From Rubripirellula sp. (lineage in GTDB: Bacteria > Planctomycetota > Planctomycetia > Pirellulales > Pirellulaceae): a stretch of 64,000 bases of DNA. Positions 59,716 through 64,000 of this stretch are shown here, piece by piece. The stretch covers positions 5,984,001 through 6,048,000 of the forward strand of contig OZ244207.1 of NCBI GenBank assembly GCA_965216875.1. The letters are read 5' to 3'. Both the position numbers and the translations under genes were made by a program. A model generated the notes under the pieces. That model had not been told where the DNA came from and did not search any database. It saw nothing but the letters and a program-made list of their open reading frames with translations. Position 1 is the stretch's first letter. The number at the start of each line of letters is the position of its first letter.

Positions 59716-61794
59716 ATGTCGGTCAATCAACAAACCGTCGAGGAAACCAAAGCCCAGATCCGTGGGCTGGTGAATGAGATTGCGTCGCTTTCGAAAAGTG
59801 GTGCAACCGCGGAAGAGTTCTATCCCGAGCTTCTTTCGCGAGTCATCACTGCGCTTGCAGCCGCCGGTGGTGCCATCTGGCTTTTGGACGAAGATCGGCA
59901 ACTCAAGCTGCAGTACCAAATCAATGCCGAACCGTCGATCCTTGCTGATGACACTGACGATGCCGTTCGCCACACGCGGTTGATTCAACGCGTTGCCAAC
60001 AGCGGCCAGTCACTCTTGGTTCCTCCCTATTCGGGAACCACCGACGGCGACGCCGAAGGCAACCCAACTCGTTACCTCCTGTGCCTCGGCGCTCTCAAAC
60101 ACGACGGCCAAAACGATGGCCTGATCGAAATCTTCCAACGCCCCGACACCGCACCCGATACGCAACGTGGTTACCTGCGTTTCTTGCAACAGATGTGCGA
60201 ACTGGCGGCCGAATGGTTGCGCAGCCAAAAACTTCGCACGCTTGGCGATCGGCAAACGCTTTGGCAACAAGCCGACTCGTTCGCTCGCGCATCGCACGAA
60301 TCACTCGACCTGAAGGAAACGGCCTACATCGTCGCGAACGAAGGCCGACGATTGATCGGCTGTGACCGAGTCAGTGTCGCGATCAAGAAAGGTCGCAAAT
60401 GCAAAGTCCAAGCGATCAGTGGCCAAGACACGATCGAAAACCGCTCCAACATCGTCGCGGCACTCAACAACCTCTCAACGCGCGTTTGTGCCGCCGGCGA
60501 ACCTCTTTGGCATGACGGTTCCACTGAAGACTTGCCGCCGCAAATCGAAGAAGCGCTCGAAGACTACGTCGACCAGTCGTACGGGCGACACATTGCGGTG
60601 CTGCCACTTCGCGAACCCGAGCGAACGCTCGGTAAAGACGACGAACTGGGCGCTGCGGGTGCAATCGACCGCGACAATGCTCACCGCGGTGAAGTGATCG
60701 GTGCGTTGATTGTCGAACAGATCGAAACCGACATCCCTGCGGAAATCTTTCACGCGCGCTGCGACCTCGTTTATGAACATGGCACACGAGCGATCGCAAA
60801 CTCGCGTGCTCATACGAACCTGTTCCTGATGCCGATTTGGCGAGCACTGGGTCGAGCGACCTGGGTGCTTCGCGCTCGCACGCTTCCCAAAACACTCGCT
60901 GTCCTCGGATTGGTTCTGGCCGTCGTCCTTGGATTGGTCTTCATCAAAAAGGACTTCACACTCGAAGCTGAAGGCACGTTGACGCCGGTGGTTCGACACC
61001 AAGTCTTTGCCGGAATCGATGGTGAAGTGATCGATGTGTTGGTCGACCATGACGACGAAGTCAAACAAGGCCAAGTCTTGGTACGCATGCGGAACCCAGA
61101 CGTTGAACTGCAACTTCAGGACATCGAAGGTCAAATCCAAACGGTGCTTGCTGAAAAGGCCCGCGTCGAAGGCCAGCTGAGTTACCGCCGCGAACTCAAG
61201 CCGACCGAAGCTCGCGCGCTTGAAGCCGAACAGTACGAACTCGAAGTCAAGCACAAGACGCTGATTGAAAAGAAGCGTCTGCAAATCGAGCGTGCGAAAG
61301 AACTCGAAATTGTCAGCCCGATCGACGGTGTGGTCGTTTCGTGGGACGTCGACAAAATGCTTCGCAGTCGTCCGGTCACCACCGGGCAGGTCGTGCTCGA
61401 AGTCGCCGACCTCACCAAGCCGCTGTTCTTGGACCTCGAACTTCCTGAAAAGCGGGAAGGCCACCTCGACGAATTCATCGAACAACAAGGCTTGGATCAA
61501 GTTTCGCAAGATGGCGAAGAACCATCACTTGATGTCACTTACATCCTCGCCACCAACACCGATACCAACATGGACGCAACGCTGATGCTTAGCAGCATCT
61601 CGATGCGAGCCGAGCCTCATGATGAGCATGGAGCGATCATTCGCATGGAGGCCATCCCTGATCAGGAAAGCCTGCGTGAATTGAATCCCCGCCCGGGAGC
61701 CAAAGTGACTGCAAAGATTCACTGCGGCCGCCGATCGAGCGGATTCGTTTTCCTTCACGAAGTGATCGAGTGGTGCTACGCGTTCTTCTTCTAA
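59716..61794 (+). CDS. GAF-domain-containing HlyD-type membrane fusion protein
   Basis: Two GAF-like segments (AAGGAIW; GCDRVSV..GALIVE), one TM, lipoyl halves IDGEVIDVLV..VKQGQVL and IVSPIDGVV. Confidence 0.85.
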   Translation: MSVNQQTVEETKAQIRGLVNEIASLSKSGATAEEFYPELLSRVITALAAAGGAIWLLDEDRQLKLQYQINAEPSILADDTDDAVRHTRLIQRVANSGQSLLVPPYSGTTDGDAEGNPTRYLLCLGALKHDGQNDGLIEIFQRPDTAPDTQRGYLRFLQQMCELAAEWLRSQKLRTLGDRQTLWQQADSFARASHESLDLKETAYIVANEGRRLIGCDRVSVAIKKGRKCKVQAISGQDTIENRSNIVAALNNLSTRVCAAGEPLWHDGSTEDLPPQIEEALEDYVDQSYGRHIAVLPLREPERTLGKDDELGAAGAIDRDNAHRGEVIGALIVEQIETDIPAEIFHARCDLVYEHGTRAIANSRAHTNLFLMPIWRALGRATWVLRARTLPKTLAVLGLVLAVVLGLVFIKKDFTLEAEGTLTPVVRHQVFAGIDGEVIDVLVDHDDEVKQGQVLVRMRNPDVELQLQDIEGQIQTVLAEKARVEGQLSYRRELKPTEARALEAEQYELEVKHKTLIEKKRLQIERAKELEIVSPIDGVVVSWDVDKMLRSRPVTTGQVVLEVADLTKPLFLDLELPEKREGHLDEFIEQQGLDQVSQDGEEPSLDVTYILATNTDTNMDATLMLSSISMRAEPHDEHGAIIRMEAIPDQESLRELNPRPGAKVTAKIHCGRRSSGFVFLHEVIEWCYAFFF

Positions 61795-61876
61795 CAGCCG
61801 CGAAGAAGCGAACAACGCCACAAACCTAGTCTTTTCTCAATCGAGCCAACGTTTCTTTATCCGGAGTACACCCCTT

Positions 61877-62773
61877 ATGCGTACGTCTTTGCTGTCGCTT
61901 TCAGCGAGCTTGGTGATGGTCGCAACCGCAATGGCTCAACAGCCAATTTCGCCCGGTGTGAACGAAATCCGCGCAGAAAACTGCATGGTGCAGTACATCA
62001 ACAAAGTTGAAATCCCTGCACGGGCCGAAGGCACGCTGACGGCCCTCCACTTCGAAGAAGGTGCAACGGTCAATGTCGGCGATGTGCTCGCGGTCATTGA
62101 CGACACGGCAGCTCGCCTGGCGCTCAAGCTCAAGAAGGCTGAAGAGAAGGAAGCGATCCTGAATGCGGCCAATGAGGTCTACATCAAAGACGCGATCAAC
62201 ACCGAAGAGCTGACCAGCGAAGAGGCCAAGGCCTACGAAGAACTTCACGTTCAACGAGCCGTCCCACGCTGGGAAATGGAAAAGAAACGACTCGAGGCCG
62301 TTCGTGCAAAGCTCAAGATCGATGTCGCGAAGATGAACAAGAGCATTGCCGAAGCGCAAATGCACGCGAAATTCGCTGAAATGCAAATCGCTGAGTACGA
62401 ACTGACTCGACGACAAGTCACCGCGCCCTCGACCGGCTTCATCGAAAACCGAATCGCTCAGCTTGGCCAATGGGTGCAACAAGGCAGTCCGATCGCGACG
62501 CTGATTCAAATGGACAAACTGCGTGTCGAAGGTGACATCGACGCGCTGCGTTACGCAGGCCAAGTGCAACCTGGCACACCTGTGAAAGTGATGATCTACA
62601 GTCAAGCAAGCGACGTGCTTTCCTTCGATGCCAAGCTCGGCTTTGTCAGCATGGAAATCGACCTGCGAAATCGTCATCGCGTCTGGGTCGAAGTCGAGAA
62701 CAAAAAGATCGGCAACGAATGGATGATCAAACCTGGCATGCGTGCCGAAATCGTCATCCAAGTCCAACCGTAG
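61877..62773 (+). CDS. HlyD/RND periplasmic adaptor subunit with signal peptide
   Basis: IPARAEGTL..EGATVNVGDVL, coiled coil, VTAPSTGFI, IKPGMRAEI. Confidence 0.9.
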   Translation: MRTSLLSLSASLVMVATAMAQQPISPGVNEIRAENCMVQYINKVEIPARAEGTLTALHFEEGATVNVGDVLAVIDDTAARLALKLKKAEEKEAILNAANEVYIKDAINTEELTSEEAKAYEELHVQRAVPRWEMEKKRLEAVRAKLKIDVAKMNKSIAEAQMHAKFAEMQIAEYELTRRQVTAPSTGFIENRIAQLGQWVQQGSPIATLIQMDKLRVEGDIDALRYAGQVQPGTPVKVMIYSQASDVLSFDAKLGFVSMEIDLRNRHRVWVEVENKKIGNEWMIKPGMRAEIVIQVQP

Positions 62774-62869
62774 CCGATCGTTTTTCAGTTCGAGGGGAAC
62801 CAGCCCTCGACACACGTATATCTAAGACCAAAACCCGCTTCCTTTTCCTGACTCCACTGCCCTTCTCCG

Positions 62870-64000
62870 ATGACCACTCTTGCCGAATCACTCGTTAGCA
62901 GCTCATCAAGGCCGCTGACGGTGCGCAAGCGTCCCGACCTGTCGGCCAACCGACAGCGTTATCAGGGGACCGGTTATTGGGTCGTCAAGGAACCGGTTGG
63001 TCTGCAGTACTATCGTTTTCACGACGAAGAGTACTACATCTTGAACATGCTGGACGGGCACGTCAGCCTGCAGCAGATCAAGGATGGCTTCGAACAGCGT
63101 TTCGCGCCTCAAAAAATCACCTTTGGCGACTTGCAACAGTTCATCGGGATGCTGCACCGCAGCGGTCTGGTGATCAGTAATTCACCAGGTCAAGGCAAAG
63201 CGCTTCGCGAACGCGGTCGCAAGAAACGCAACAAAGAAACGCTCGGCAAGTTTGCCAACGTCTTTGCACTGCGTTATCGCGGGTTTGACCCCGAAAAGAT
63301 TCTCAACGCGATCCTGCCGTGGTTCGGATGGTTGTTTACCGTCCCCGCTTTGATCGGCGCAGTCTTGCTGTTCCTGTCAGCATCGCTGTTGCTCGCGACC
63401 CAATACGAGACCGTTTACACGCGTCTGCCTACCTTCCAGCAGTTCTTTGCTGCTGACCGCTGGTTGATCCTTGCGGTCACGATGGCGCTGGTGAAGGTGA
63501 TCCACGAATTCGGTCACGGCCTGAGCTGTAAAAAGTTTGGCGGCGAGTGTCACGAAATCGGCTTCATGCTGCTGGTCTTTACACCCTGTTTGTATTGCAA
63601 CGTTTCCGACTCGTGGATGTTGCCCAACAAGTGGAAAAGGGTATGGATCGGTGCAGCCGGTATCTATGTCGAAATGATCTTGGCGTCGATCGCCGCTTTT
63701 GTTTGGTGGTTTACCGAACAGGGAACGACGATCAATGACCTTTGCTTGAACATGATGTTCTTGAACGCCGTCAGTACCGTTCTCGTCAACGGTAACCCGC
63801 TGCTGCGATTCGACGGTTACTACATCTTGATGGACCTGCTCGAGATCCCGAACCTTCGCCAAAAGAGCACGCAGGTGCTGACGCGATGGTTCCAAAGCAC
63901 TTGCTTGGGTTTGGAACTTCAAGAGGACCCGTTTCTTCCCACTCGTGGAAGATTCATGTTCGGGATGTTTACCGTCGCCAGCGTGATCTATCGCTGGGTC
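62870..64000 (+). CDS. M50 (site-2) metallopeptidase with N-terminal PqqD/RRE-like domain (3'-truncated; absent from the ORF track because there is no stop in the window)
   Basis: ATG 62870 MTTLAESL..RKRPDL..YWVVKEP..YYRF..LDG; in-frame HEFGH at 63503, AAGIYVE, and NGNPLLRFDGYY at 63788. Confidence 0.88.
   Translation, partial: MTTLAESLVSSSSRPLTVRKRPDLSANRQRYQGTGYWVVKEPVGLQYYRFHDEEYYILNMLDGHVSLQQIKDGFEQRFAPQKITFGDLQQFIGMLHRSGLVISNSPGQGKALRERGRKKRNKETLGKFANVFALRYRGFDPEKILNAILPWFGWLFTVPALIGAVLLFLSASLLLATQYETVYTRLPTFQQFFAADRWLILAVTMALVKVIHEFGHGLSCKKFGGECHEIGFMLLVFTPCLYCNVSDSWMLPNKWKRVWIGAAGIYVEMILASIAAFVWWFTEQGTTINDLCLNMMFLNAVSTVLVNGNPLLRFDGYYILMDLLEIPNLRQKSTQVLTRWFQSTCLGLELQEDPFLPTRGRFMFGMFTVASVIYRWV

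Overview
64-kb chromosomal window from a Planctomycete, most likely Pirellulaceae (Rhodopirellula/Stieleria/Rubripirellula-like). This is inferred from the DUF1553/DUF1501 pair, the RLxLExLExRxLLA N-terminal motif, an extended ECF sigma factor and the intergenic repeats. It holds about 45 CDSs: housekeeping genes (metG, smpB, lipA, an RpoD-like sigma), a TroABCD-type metal ABC operon, secreted and periplasmic proteins, DNA-repair candidates, and at the right end a GAF-HlyD / HlyD / PqqD-like-M50 cluster. I saw no rRNA, tRNA, CRISPR array or transposase. Main points of interest: (1) both permeases of the metal transporter carry a C-terminal DtxR-like domain, and a DtxR/MntR-type palindrome overlaps a sigma70 promoter upstream; (2) a type-I-like export cluster with no visible ATPase, whose M50 peptidase has an RRE-like domain, plus a candidate leader-bearing substrate in the same window; (3) at least eight families of short intergenic repeats, including a three-layer nested insertion, REP ends that supply stop codons, and a TGCCTGTCCCC hairpin array; (4) clamp-binding and SSB-like C-terminal tails on uncharacterised proteins near SMUG1. 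All family assignments come from motifs read by eye; no database search was run.
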